Assembly (NCBI GenBank): GCA_965217825.1
Contig: OZ244571.1
Location: 1,248,882 to 1,312,881 of the forward strand
Source of the DNA: Candidatus Azotimanducaceae bacterium
GTDB lineage: Bacteria; Pseudomonadota; Gammaproteobacteria; Pseudomonadales; Azotimanducaceae
Direction: 5' to 3'
Length of the DNA: 64,000 nucleotides
Each line of letters opens with the position of its first letter. Positions within the stretch are counted from its first letter, which is position 1. The translations under genes were made by a program, and so were the position numbers. The notes under the pieces are model-generated. The model was given only the letters and a program-made list of their open reading frames with translations. It was not told the origin of the DNA and did not search any database. Of the stretch, positions 9,453 through 19,035 are shown piece by piece.

Positions 9453-11042
9453 ATGGAGGTTCCGCTCCTCACCGATGATTTTCTGCGCCGTCCGGTGCAG
9501 CTCTATCCAAACAAGATTGCGGTGGTGGACGGCGAGCGACGCTACACGTATGCGGAGCTGCAGGCGCGGGTAAACCGGCTGTCTCACGCGCTGTTGAGTC
9601 TCGGCGTGGAACCGGACGACCGCGTCTGCATCCTGAGCCCGAACTCCCACTTCTTTCTCGAGAGTTTTTATGCCACGAGCCAGATCGGGGCCGTGCTGGT
9701 GCCGCTCAACTACCGCCTGGTGGCGGCGGACCACGAATACATTCTGAACCACGCCGGCGTGACGGTGCTCCTGGTGGACTACGAGTACACGCGGGTGGTC
9801 GACGACATCCGCGCCAACCTCTCCGCGGTGCGCCATTTCGTGGTTGCCGAGGACCGGGACGAAACGTCCGCGGTCGCGGTGCCCCGGGGCTGGATCGACT
9901 GGGAAGGGCTGATTGCGGAGCAGCCCGACACCGCCCCCGCGCCAATCGAACGCGGCGAAAACGACCTGGTATCTATCAACTACACGTCAGGCACGACCGC
10001 GCGTCCCAAGGGCGTGATGATGACGCACCGCAACTGCTACGTGAACGCCTACAGCCTGATGACCCATCTGCGCGTCTGCCACGACGACGTCGAGCTATGG
10101 ACGCTACCGATGTTCCATTGCAACGGTTGGGGCGGCGTCTACGCGCTTACCGGCGTGGGCGGCACGCATGTGGTCTTGCGCGCCGTCGACGGCGCCGAAA
10201 TCTACGGCCTCATCGAGCGCGAAAAGGTGACGTTCGCCTGCATGGCGCCGGCGGTGCTGCGCACCATCCTGGACTATCGCGACAAGGACCGGCACGCCAT
10301 CACGACGAAGCCGCGTTTCACGGTCGCGGGAGCGCCGCCGCCGGCGGCATTCATCGAGCGGCTCGAACAAGAACTCGGGTGGGAGTTCATCCAGATCTAC
10401 GGTTTGACGGAAACGGCACCGTTGCTGACCGTGTCCCAACCCGACCATGAAACGGACCGGACCGACTACGCGCGCCGGGCGCGGGCGGGTGTGCCGGCGG
10501 TGGGCGTTGATATCGTGTTGCGGGATGAACAGGGCAGGCCGGTGCCGCAGGACGGTGTCACCGTGGGCGAGGTGTGCGCGCGTTCCAATGTTGTGTTCAA
10601 GGGTTACTGGAAACAGCCGGAGGAGACGGCGAAGGCGATCCAGGACGGCTATTTCCACACCGGCGATCTGGCCGTCTGCGACGCTTTCGGCAACATTCAT
10701 ATCGTTGACCGCAAGAAGGACGTGATCATCTCGGGGGGCGAGAACATCAGTTCTCCCGACATCGAGGATGCGCTGTACCGTCACCCGGCGGTGATGGAGT
10801 GCGCGGTCATCGGCGTCCCCCACGAGAAGTGGGGCGAGACGCCCAAGGCGCTGGTCGTCCTGCGCGAGGGCGAAGCAGCGACGGAAGCAGAAGTCATCGC
10901 CTTCTGCCGCGAGCGTCTGGCGCACTTCAAATGCCCCACCTCGGTGGAGTTCCGCGACGAGTTGCCGCGCACCGCCACGGGCAAGCTGCAGAAATTCAAG
11001 CTGCGCGAGCCCTATTGGGAAGGAGAACGTCGGGTAGGCTAA
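9453..11042 (+). CDS. AMP-dependent acyl-CoA synthetase/ligase
   Basis: AMP-binding motifs are present (INYTSGTTARPKGVMMTH, YGLTE, GYFHTGDL, SGGENISS, PRTATGKLQK). The start is set at the ATG at 9453 (MEVPLLTDDF...), because the upstream part of the 682-aa track ORF overlaps the DprA-like gene. Confidence 0.9.
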   Translation: MEVPLLTDDFLRRPVQLYPNKIAVVDGERRYTYAELQARVNRLSHALLSLGVEPDDRVCILSPNSHFFLESFYATSQIGAVLVPLNYRLVAADHEYILNHAGVTVLLVDYEYTRVVDDIRANLSAVRHFVVAEDRDETSAVAVPRGWIDWEGLIAEQPDTAPAPIERGENDLVSINYTSGTTARPKGVMMTHRNCYVNAYSLMTHLRVCHDDVELWTLPMFHCNGWGGVYALTGVGGTHVVLRAVDGAEIYGLIEREKVTFACMAPAVLRTILDYRDKDRHAITTKPRFTVAGAPPPAAFIERLEQELGWEFIQIYGLTETAPLLTVSQPDHETDRTDYARRARAGVPAVGVDIVLRDEQGRPVPQDGVTVGEVCARSNVVFKGYWKQPEETAKAIQDGYFHTGDLAVCDAFGNIHIVDRKKDVIISGGENISSPDIEDALYRHPAVMECAVIGVPHEKWGETPKALVVLREGEAATEAEVIAFCRERLAHFKCPTSVEFRDELPRTATGKLQKFKLREPYWEGERRVG

Positions 11043-11199
11043 CGCCGCCAATCCCCTCGCCTGATGGCTCGGTGCCTGGCCCCAGTAAGTCCGAAAGGTG
11101 AGCTGACTGGGTCGGCCCGGCCGAGGAAGCGTCGGTGCCGGCCGAGCCTGACACTTCGGACGCCCCAACGACGGAGTGATCGGCGCCGGGGATGCGCGG

Positions 11200-12534
11200 C
11201 TACCCGGACATCGCGACGTCGGCGAACCGTATACGCGCCATCAACGCCGAGCGCTCGGGGTTCCAGTGCTGCGTGTCGCCGACGGCGGCGATTTTCTTCA
11301 GCATTTCGTAGAAGTTCCCCGCCACGGTGATGTTGCGCACCGGGCGGATGCGTTCGCCGTCTCGGCATAGAAAGCCGGCAGCACCAAAGCTGAAGTCTCC
11401 GGAAACCGGATTCCCGCCCGAGTGCAAGCCAGCGAGATCGACGATTTCCAGGTATTCACCGCCGGTGAGCGTGTCCTCGTCGACATCGCCGGGACCGACC
11501 TCGAGTTGGTGCAATCCGACGCCGAGGGATGATCGGGGGGACCGGGCGGCGTTGCACGTATTGGGGACATCGAAGTGCGTCGCGGTGGCGCTGTTGTGGA
11601 CAAGCGTGCGCAGGATTCCGCCATCGACCAGCGTCGTCGTGGATGTGGGCAAGCCCTCGTCGTCGAACAGCGCGTAGCCCAGGCCGTCCGCGTCGAGCGG
11701 CGCGTCCCGAATGGTGAGTGTGTCCACGGCAATGCGCTCGCCCACCTTGTCGCGCAACGGATTGATTCCATCCCTCGCATTCTTCGCGGAGAACATATCG
11801 CGGAATACGGCGAACAGGTCCGCCTGGCGTTCGACGTCGAACAGGACGTCATGGTGTTTGCTCGGTATGGCCTCGCCCTGGAGCATCGCGACGCAGCGCC
11901 GGTAGGTCTCGTCGACGATCCAGGCGGTGTCGATTTCGTCGAACCGGCGCGCGCACCGCTGGACGCCTTCGAGCGCGTCCCTGTCGCCGTCACTCAAGAG
12001 GGCGTAGGCGTAAGCTCTGCAGATGCGGTTCCTGCTGTGCGCGGTGCGGCCGGTCGTCGCGAAGACGTGCCGTTCGGCCGTCAGGTCCCGGACACCGTTG
12101 TCGGGCACGCTGCGGACGTTGTCGCGGGCGGTGAGTTCCCGCTCGAGGTAGAGCGCCGCCTCGATCTTCGCTTCCACGGACGTGGGATCGTCGGGGCAGA
12201 GGATGGCGTCGTCGGTCACCAGGGCCGTGGCGCCGGCGGCGACTGATTCGGCGGGGTCGACGCGCGCGAACGTGGCGTTGACGAGCGCCTGCTCCACCAT
12301 GGAATCCAGGGCCGCGGGATCGCTGGCTTCGCTATAGGCGATGCCGGTGCGGTCATCCTTGACAACCCGCAAGCCGTAGACGCGGGTCGATGTAATCTTG
12401 TGCTCCTCGAGTTCTCCGTCGTGCGCCGTGAGGGATAGCGACGACTGCTCGCCGACGACGAGGTCACCGACCGCGCCGGCCGCAAGAACCCGGTCGAGGA
12501 TGCGCTCGGCGTTGGCTTCGACGCCGCCGGACAT
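11200..12534 (-). CDS. pmbA: PmbA/TldE-family metalloprotease subunit
   Basis: TldD/PmbA fold protein starting MSGGVEANAERILDRVL. Its ATG overlaps the TGA of the upstream tldD (ATGA at 12531-12536). Confidence 0.85.
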   Translation of the reverse strand: MSGGVEANAERILDRVLAAGAVGDLVVGEQSSLSLTAHDGELEEHKITSTRVYGLRVVKDDRTGIAYSEASDPAALDSMVEQALVNATFARVDPAESVAAGATALVTDDAILCPDDPTSVEAKIEAALYLERELTARDNVRSVPDNGVRDLTAERHVFATTGRTAHSRNRICRAYAYALLSDGDRDALEGVQRCARRFDEIDTAWIVDETYRRCVAMLQGEAIPSKHHDVLFDVERQADLFAVFRDMFSAKNARDGINPLRDKVGERIAVDTLTIRDAPLDADGLGYALFDDEGLPTSTTTLVDGGILRTLVHNSATATHFDVPNTCNAARSPRSSLGVGLHQLEVGPGDVDEDTLTGGEYLEIVDLAGLHSGGNPVSGDFSFGAAGFLCRDGERIRPVRNITVAGNFYEMLKKIAAVGDTQHWNPERSALMARIRFADVAMSG

Positions 12535-13919
12535 CAAGAGTTCCCGCCCACCAGGATGTCGTCCACCTTTAACGTCGCCTGGCCCACGGTGGTCGGCACC
12601 ATGCCGGAGACGGAGCCGCACATGCCGGTCGCCAAGGCAAAGTCGCGGCCGACCATCGATATGCGTTTCAGGACATCGGGGCCGGTGCTGATCAAGGTCG
12701 CTGCCTTGACAGGATGGCGAATCTTGCCGTCCTCGACGTAGTAGCCCTCGGTTACCGCGAAGTTGAATTCCCCGGTGCCGGGCTCGACCGAGCCCCCGCC
12801 CATATGCGAGGCATACACGCCGCGGTCGATCGAGGAGATCATGTCGTCGAAGCTCGCGGCGCCCGGTTCGATGAACGTGTTGCGCATCCGCGAGGCGGGC
12901 GCGAACCGGTAACCCTGGCGGCGGCCGGACCCGGTGCGCGGTAGCCCCGTCTGGGCGGCGCCGACGTGATCGGCAAGGAAGTTGACGAGCTTGCCGTCCT
13001 TGATGAGTTGCGTGCGCTCGGTGGGCATGCCCTCGTCGTCGATGTTGATGGAGCCCCATTCCCGAACCAGCGTACCGTCGTCGACGGCGTTCACCACCGG
13101 GTTGGCGATCATCTCGCCGAGCTTGTCGTGAAACACGGATGCCTTTTTGGCGACCGACGTGGTCTCCAAGAGATGCCCGCAGGCTTCGTGGAAGATCACG
13201 CCGCCGAAGCCGTTGCCGATCACGACCGGCATACGACCGGAAGGACAGGGCCTCGCCGATAGATTCATCAGGGCCTGGCGTGCTGCTTCGGCACCGCATT
13301 CCGCGGGGTCGAGGGTCTCGACGATTTCCCAGCCCAGGAGGCCGCCGTCGGTCTTCATGCCGGTGGCCTGTTCGGAGCCGTTGGACGCTATGGCTTGCAC
13401 CCGCGTGCGGATGTAGTGGCGCGTGTCGCGGATATGCAGGCCCTCGCTGTTGAAGATCTCGACCGCCTGTTCGCGCTGCCCGCAGACGCCCTGGGTCTGG
13501 GAGATGAGGTTGCTGGCTGCGCGCGCGGCCCGATCGGCCGCGAGCAGATAGCCCACCTTGTCGCGCACTTCCGAGTCCTTGGCAAGGGTCCGTTCCGCCC
13601 CGTGGACATCCGCCGCGGCGCGAAAGTCGAACGCCTGCGCGGTGGTGGCCGGATCGCGGCGGTCCTTGGCCGCGAGATCGGAGACGATGCGCTTGAGTTC
13701 TTCCGCATCCGTGCGGTTGGTGTAGCCGTAGAGCACCTTGGCGCCGTATACCAGCCGGACGCCGACGCCGAAGTCGATGCCGGAGGCGATGTCCCGGACC
13801 TGGTTCGACAGGGTGGCGATGTTGTTGACCTGGTTGCGCTCCACGAACACCTCGGCGAAGTCGGCGCCGAGGGCGATGGCGTGGTCGATGGCGGATTGCG
13901 CGACGCGGGTGTCGAGCAC
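12534..13919 (-). CDS. tldD: TldD-family metalloprotease
   Basis: HEACGHLLE metal-binding motif and TldD-like sequence throughout. The GTG start at 13919 is preceded by AAGGAG at a 6-nt spacing. The longer track ORF (to 14225) overlaps the ileS 3' end. Confidence 0.85.
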   Translation of the reverse strand: MLDTRVAQSAIDHAIALGADFAEVFVERNQVNNIATLSNQVRDIASGIDFGVGVRLVYGAKVLYGYTNRTDAEELKRIVSDLAAKDRRDPATTAQAFDFRAAADVHGAERTLAKDSEVRDKVGYLLAADRAARAASNLISQTQGVCGQREQAVEIFNSEGLHIRDTRHYIRTRVQAIASNGSEQATGMKTDGGLLGWEIVETLDPAECGAEAARQALMNLSARPCPSGRMPVVIGNGFGGVIFHEACGHLLETTSVAKKASVFHDKLGEMIANPVVNAVDDGTLVREWGSINIDDEGMPTERTQLIKDGKLVNFLADHVGAAQTGLPRTGSGRRQGYRFAPASRMRNTFIEPGAASFDDMISSIDRGVYASHMGGGSVEPGTGEFNFAVTEGYYVEDGKIRHPVKAATLISTGPDVLKRISMVGRDFALATGMCGSVSGMVPTTVGQATLKVDDILVGGNS

Positions 13920-14143
13920 GGGGTTCTCCTTTCGTACATGCGTTGTTTGGACCAAAGGCTCGTCGACCTCAAGCGGGGTACGGGCATGCGTACGCGATTG
14001 GAGGTACGTCGGGCTGGCTGGACGGGAGTTTGTCACAAGCCGGCGCGATGCTCGACCGCTGATCGCGACCCGGCGACCAGGGCACGAGGGAAGAAACTCG
14101 GCCGTCGGCCCGGACCGAATCTCCGGGCCAGGGCACCGGCCAG

Positions 14144-17100
14144 CTACCGCGGGTCGATTCGAGCGAGTCCGATCGTCCATCGCTCTTCGCCGAGCGCGTG
14201 CTCGGCCGAATGCGCGGGCGACCAATCCGGCTCGCGCCAGCGAGTCGCCAGGGTCTCCTCCATCACGTAGTCCCGATGCTGATCGAGCGCAGCGGCGATG
14301 TCGGACGATCCTTCGATGCTGAGCGCGATCCGATCCGAGACGTCAAGCCCCGCCTGCTTGCGGGCTTCCTGCACGGTGCGCACGAGTTCCCGCGCGAGGC
14401 CCTCTTGCACAAGGCCCTCTGTCAACGTGGTGTCGAGGCCCACGAGGTAGCCGCTTGCTTCGGCGCAGGCATAGCCCTCGGCCGACGTCGACTCAACCAG
14501 CACGTCCTCCGGTTCGAAGGTGAAGGTCTCGTTGTCCGCCACCACTTCGAAAGGCCGGCCATCGGTCACGGCCGCGGCGATGGCGCGGCCGTCCGCGTGC
14601 GCCAGCGCATCGCGGATCGCGGGGACGCGCCTACCGTAGCGCTTGCCGATGCGCGGCAGGTTCGGCTTGACGCGGTAGCTCAGGAGATCGGCATCCGAGC
14701 CAAGCACTTCCACCGCCTTGACGTTAAGTTCTTCGCTGATTTGATGCGCGTGGCGCGCAAGGATGCCGGCGTGCGCGGCGTCGGGTGTGCGCACCAACAG
14801 GCGCGAAAGCGGCTGGCGCACGCGCAGGCCGCTGCGGTTACGCGCCGCCCGGCCGAGTCCGACTACGCGCTGTACGACTTCGAGTTCGGCGAGCAGGGCG
14901 TCGTCGCGGGCTGCGGGATCGGGCACCGGCCACTCGCTCATATGGACGCTGATCGGTGCCGTCTCGTCGACTCCCCGCGCGAGGTTCTGGTGCGCCGTTT
15001 CGCTCAAGAAAGGCATGATCGGTGCCATCAGCCGGTTCACGGTGTGCAGGCACTCGTACAGCGTCAGGTAGGCGGCCTGTTTGTCGCTGCCCTCGGCGGC
15101 TTTCCAGAACCGCCGACGGTTGCGCCGCACGTACCAGTTGCTGAGCTGATCGACGAACGACTCGATCGCCCGGCCCGCCGCCAGCACGTCGTATGACTCC
15201 AGTGCCCGCGTGGCGACCGCCACCGTCTCATGCAGCGCCGCGAGCGCCCAACGGTCGATCTCGGGGCGTTCGGCGAGCGGCACGTCGCTCAAGATATCGA
15301 CTTCGTCGAGTCTTGCGTACATGACGAAGAACGCGTAGGTGTTCCAGTACGTATTGATGAATCCGGCCGCGACTTCGCGAACCAATTCGACCGATATGCG
15401 CTTTTGCGCCTCCGGCGCCAGTCGGCACGATAGGTACCAGCGCAGCGGGTCGGCGCCGACATGGTCGAAGACCTCGTACGGATCGAGCATGTTGCCCAGC
15501 GATTTCGACATCTTCTTGCCGTCCTTGTCGACGATGTGGGCGAGGCAGATGCAGTTCCTGTAGGCGACGCTGTCCGACACCAGCACTGAGATGGCGTGCA
15601 GCGAGTAGAACCAGCCGCGCGTCTGATCGATCGCCTCGCAGATGTAGTCGGCGGGGAATCGGCTTTCCAGCAGGTCGGCGTTCTCGAACGGGTAGTGGAA
15701 CTGCGCGTAGGGCATGGCGCCCGAATCGAACCAGCAGTCGATCACCTCGGGGACGCGCCGGTAAGTCCGCCCGTTGTCCGGGTGCGTGAAGGTGATCTCA
15801 TCGACTGCGGGCCGGTGGAGATCGACATCGGCCAGGCTCCGGCCACAGAGCGACTCGAGTTCCGCTATCGAGCCGATGCACATGTAATCGCCGTGGCCAT
15901 CGGTCCAGACGGGCAGCGGCGTGCCCCAGAATCGTTCGCGCGATAGCGCCCAATCGATGTTGTTCTCAAGCCAGTTGCCGAAGCGTCCGTCGCGGATCGT
16001 TTCCGGCACCCAGTTGATGGACTGGTTCAGCTCCGCCATGCGGTCCCGCAACCGGCTGGTCTCGATGAACCACGCGTCCTTCGCGTAGTAGATCAGCGGG
16101 TCGCCGGTGCGCCACCCGTGCGGATAGTTGTGCAAAACACGTTCGGAGCGGTACATGAGGCCGCGTTGTTCGAGCAGCGCGACGAGGATCGGGTCGGCGT
16201 CCTTGAAGAACTTCCCCGCCACGGGTTCCACCGCCGACACGAAACAGCCATCGAGACCGACGCCATGCACGACGGGCAGGCCGTTCTTCCGACCCAGTTG
16301 GAGGTCGTCCTCGCCATACGCCGGCGCGCAGTGCACGATGCCGGTACCTTCCTCGACGGTGACGAAGTCCGCCGTCCAGACCTGACAGATCGGGCCGTCG
16401 GCCGGCAGGTAGTCGAACGGTCGGGCGTAGCCGATCCCCGCCAGGTCAGCGCCCTTGACCCGCTTCTCGACGGTGTATTCGGCGCCGCGCAACGCGGGCT
16501 CGACCAGGGCCTCGGCAAGGATCAGGGTCTCGTCCCCGACGCGCGCGAAGATGTAGTCGACATCGGGGTGCGCCGCGAGCGCCAGGTTCGACGGGAGTGT
16601 CCATGGCGTGGTCGTCCAGACGAGGAAGGATGTGCGATGTTCGCCCTTGACTGGAAAGCGCACGTAGATCGAGGGATCGTCGACTTCCCTGTAGCCGAGG
16701 GCGACTTCGTGCGACGACAGCGTGGCGCCTATGTGCGGGTCGTAGGGGACCACCTTGTAGCCTCGGTAAATGAGACCCTTGTCCCATATTTGCCGGAGCA
16801 GCCACCAGACAGACTCTATGTAGGAGTCGTCGAAAGTGTAGTAGGCATCGGACATGTTCACCCAAAAACCCATGCGCTCGGTCATCCGCTCCCAATCGTC
16901 GATGTAGAGCTGTACCGACTCGCGGCACCTGCGCGTGAACTCCGCCACGCCAACCTGGCGTTCGATCTCTCCCTTGTCGAATATCCCGAGTTCCTTCTCG
17001 ATTTCGTGCTCGACCGGTAGGCCGTGGGTGTCCCAACCGGCCTTGCGCGGGCAGTGATAGCCCCGCATGTGCTTGAAGCGCGGAAAGATGTCCTTGAACG

Positions 17101-17290
17101 TGCGCGCGAGGACATGGTGGATGCCGGGCTTGCCGTTGGCGGTCGGCGGCCCTTCGTTCCAGATATACAGCGGCCGACCCTCGCTCTGTTGCTGGGCCGC
17201 GTTGAACACGTCATGCTCGCGCCACAGCGCGAGTATTTCCGCTTCGAGCTGCGTGCCGTCATAGCGGCTCGGCACGTCCTTGAATCCCAT
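14144..17290 (-). CDS. ileS: isoleucine--tRNA ligase
   Basis: The class I HIGH motif region (PPTANGKPGIHHVLAR) and KMSKS (KKMSKSLGN) are present. Length is ~1048 aa from MGFKDVPSRYDG. Confidence 0.95.
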   Translation of the reverse strand: MGFKDVPSRYDGTQLEAEILALWREHDVFNAAQQQSEGRPLYIWNEGPPTANGKPGIHHVLARTFKDIFPRFKHMRGYHCPRKAGWDTHGLPVEHEIEKELGIFDKGEIERQVGVAEFTRRCRESVQLYIDDWERMTERMGFWVNMSDAYYTFDDSYIESVWWLLRQIWDKGLIYRGYKVVPYDPHIGATLSSHEVALGYREVDDPSIYVRFPVKGEHRTSFLVWTTTPWTLPSNLALAAHPDVDYIFARVGDETLILAEALVEPALRGAEYTVEKRVKGADLAGIGYARPFDYLPADGPICQVWTADFVTVEEGTGIVHCAPAYGEDDLQLGRKNGLPVVHGVGLDGCFVSAVEPVAGKFFKDADPILVALLEQRGLMYRSERVLHNYPHGWRTGDPLIYYAKDAWFIETSRLRDRMAELNQSINWVPETIRDGRFGNWLENNIDWALSRERFWGTPLPVWTDGHGDYMCIGSIAELESLCGRSLADVDLHRPAVDEITFTHPDNGRTYRRVPEVIDCWFDSGAMPYAQFHYPFENADLLESRFPADYICEAIDQTRGWFYSLHAISVLVSDSVAYRNCICLAHIVDKDGKKMSKSLGNMLDPYEVFDHVGADPLRWYLSCRLAPEAQKRISVELVREVAAGFINTYWNTYAFFVMYARLDEVDILSDVPLAERPEIDRWALAALHETVAVATRALESYDVLAAGRAIESFVDQLSNWYVRRNRRRFWKAAEGSDKQAAYLTLYECLHTVNRLMAPIMPFLSETAHQNLARGVDETAPISVHMSEWPVPDPAARDDALLAELEVVQRVVGLGRAARNRSGLRVRQPLSRLLVRTPDAAHAGILARHAHQISEELNVKAVEVLGSDADLLSYRVKPNLPRIGKRYGRRVPAIRDALAHADGRAIAAAVTDGRPFEVVADNETFTFEPEDVLVESTSAEGYACAEASGYLVGLDTTLTEGLVQEGLARELVRTVQEARKQAGLDVSDRIALSIEGSSDIAAALDQHRDYVMEETLATRWREPDWSPAHSAEHALGEERWTIGLARIDPR

Positions 17291-17299
17291 CGCCCGTTG

Positions 17300-17620
17300 T
17301 TCTCCGAACAAAAACCAAAACGCCCCGACAACCGATGCTGCGAACCGTCGCGGATTCGTCAGGCATCTATTCTCGGGGCGAAGGTTCGGCCGACTTGCGC
17401 GGCCCAACGTCGCGGTACCACCCGGTTTCGCACGCGCCTCGCGACGCGAGCCTCAAGCGGTCACAGTACCTGATCGGCGCGATGACCCGGCCCGTTTACG
17501 GGGGCCCGCCGGCCGAGCCTACTGAAATGCGATACATCCGTTCGGTCGGCGGCTCCGGGGTGATCTTCGTCGGCGGCGCAACGCGGAGCTTCCACCATCC
17601 TCCGCTCGCTTCGGGCCCGC
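17300..17620 (-). promoter_or_regulatory. T-box leader (tRNA-Ile-responsive riboswitch) upstream of ileS
   Basis: The minus strand contains AAACCGGGTGGTACCGCG (complement of 17411-17428). This matches the conserved T-box sequence core GGGTGGTACCGCG. AUC (Ile) triplets lie upstream in a stem-loop region (complement of 17481-17483 and 17472-17474), and the terminator lies downstream. The 5' boundary is approximate. Confidence 0.7.
17307..17380 (-). terminator. intrinsic terminator of the ileS T-box leader
   Basis: The minus strand reads CGCCCCGA...(sub-helices GATGC/GCATC and GAATCCG/CGGTTC)...TCGGGGCG followed by TTTTGGTTTTTGTT. It lies 17 nt upstream of the ileS ATG. Confidence 0.65.
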
Positions 17621-17958
17621 TTCAGTCCGACTACTCGTCCCCTTCACTGCCTTTGCGATTGCCGGCGCCTCTCGATTTGGCGGGACGCGTCCCAAGTGCA
17701 GGAACCGGTAACCAGGGACGATCTTAACGCGGCGGGCGGTTGCAAACCACCGCGTCCTGATCGTCACTACCGGAATCAGTAGCGGACGAATTTTGACGGG
17801 AGCTGCGACCACCTGCCGTTTGTTCTTCCGCGACTACCGAATCTACGCATTGCGCGCGCACGCGGTCCCAAGGAAAATTTGGCTCCCGATGGACTGATCT
17901 CAATCCCGAGCAGGCCTGAATCGGGTTCCCCGATCTCTATCGGAATCGGGGGCAAGGA

Positions 17959-19035
17959 TTGGGATCGCGTCACACCAGCCTTTGCGCCGACAGGCTGCCC
18001 GTGCGCAGCGTGTGGACGCGTATGGCAATCGAATTTGTGATTGATGGACGCATGGACTTGCTGGGCGTTTTTGAAAGAAACCCGAACCGCGGCTTCTCCG
18101 GATGGATCGCGCGCACGGTCGTTTACCTCGCCCTCGCGGCGCCCGCGCATGGCGAGCCCATCAAGCCGATCCCCGCAGACAACCGCTTCGATGCCGCCAA
18201 GGCCGCGCTTGGCAGAATGCTGTTCCACGAGACAAGGCTTTCGAAGGACAACTCCGTGTCCTGCGCGAGTTGCCACGAACTCTCTTCGGGCGGCGACGAC
18301 GGCCGACAGGTTTCTGTGGGCATCAATAACACGCCCGGCGTTGTGAATTCGCCGACAGTGTTCAACGCGAGCTTCAACTTCAAACAGTTCTGGGACGGCC
18401 GCGCTGAAACGCTCCCCGACCAGATCGACGGTCCGGTGCAGTCTTTGATCGAAATGGGCAGTCTTTGGCCCGAGGTCGTCGCCAAGCTGTTTCAGGACGA
18501 GATCTACCCGCGGCTCTTCGCGAAACTCTACCCCGACGGCATAAACCGCGCGAATGTCAAGGACGCGCTGGCCGAATTCATGACGTCCCTGACCACTCCG
18601 AACGGCCGATTCGACCGCTGGCTGAACGGCGAATCCAATGCCATCAGCCCGCTGGAAAAGCGCGGCTACACCTTGTTCAAGTACTACGGTTGCGTGTCCT
18701 GCCACCAGGGCGCGAACGTGGGCGGCAACATGTTTCAGGTGTTCGGAGTCATCAACGAGTTTTTCAAACGCCGCGGCAACATCACGGAGGCTGATATGGG
18801 CCGCTACAACATCACCGGCAACGAAGCCGACATGCATGCATTCAAGGTTCCGAGCTTGAGAATGGCGGCCTACACCGCGCCCTATCTGCACGACGGCAGC
18901 GCCGCCACGTTGCGCGATGCCGTAGACGCCATGTTCGAGTTCCAGTTGGGGCGAGAAGCGCCGGACGAAGACAAGGACGCAATCGTTGCCTTTATCAAGA
19001 CATTGGCGGGAGAGTCCGAGGAGTTGACACAGTGA
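17959..19035 (+). CDS. di-haem cytochrome c peroxidase (CCP/MauG family)
   Basis: There are two CxxCH haem motifs (CASCHE, CVSCHQ), plus FWDGRAETL and PSLRMAAYTAPYLHDGS. The start is uncertain; a signal-peptide-like segment (TVVYLALAAPAHG) suggests an internal start is possible. Confidence 0.85.
   Translation: MGSRHTSLCADRLPVRSVWTRMAIEFVIDGRMDLLGVFERNPNRGFSGWIARTVVYLALAAPAHGEPIKPIPADNRFDAAKAALGRMLFHETRLSKDNSVSCASCHELSSGGDDGRQVSVGINNTPGVVNSPTVFNASFNFKQFWDGRAETLPDQIDGPVQSLIEMGSLWPEVVAKLFQDEIYPRLFAKLYPDGINRANVKDALAEFMTSLTTPNGRFDRWLNGESNAISPLEKRGYTLFKYYGCVSCHQGANVGGNMFQVFGVINEFFKRRGNITEADMGRYNITGNEADMHAFKVPSLRMAAYTAPYLHDGSAATLRDAVDAMFEFQLGREAPDEDKDAIVAFIKTLAGESEELTQ

Noticed and set aside
11042-11200. 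GC-rich imperfect hairpin (TCGGCCCGGC...GCCGGCCGA) between the convergent acyl-CoA synthetase and pmbA genes, considered as a bidirectional terminator
   Set aside because: The stem is imperfect and no U/A tract lies on either side, so it is not supportable as an intrinsic terminator.
12535-13299. Upstream part of the 699-aa ORF 11200..13299
   Set aside because: It is an out-of-frame read across tldD. The PmbA-like sequence begins at the ATG at 12534, which overlaps the tldD stop.
17776-18891. 371-aa minus-strand ORF opposite the cytochrome c peroxidase gene
   Set aside because: It lies antisense to a gene with two CxxCH motifs, and no family features are present.
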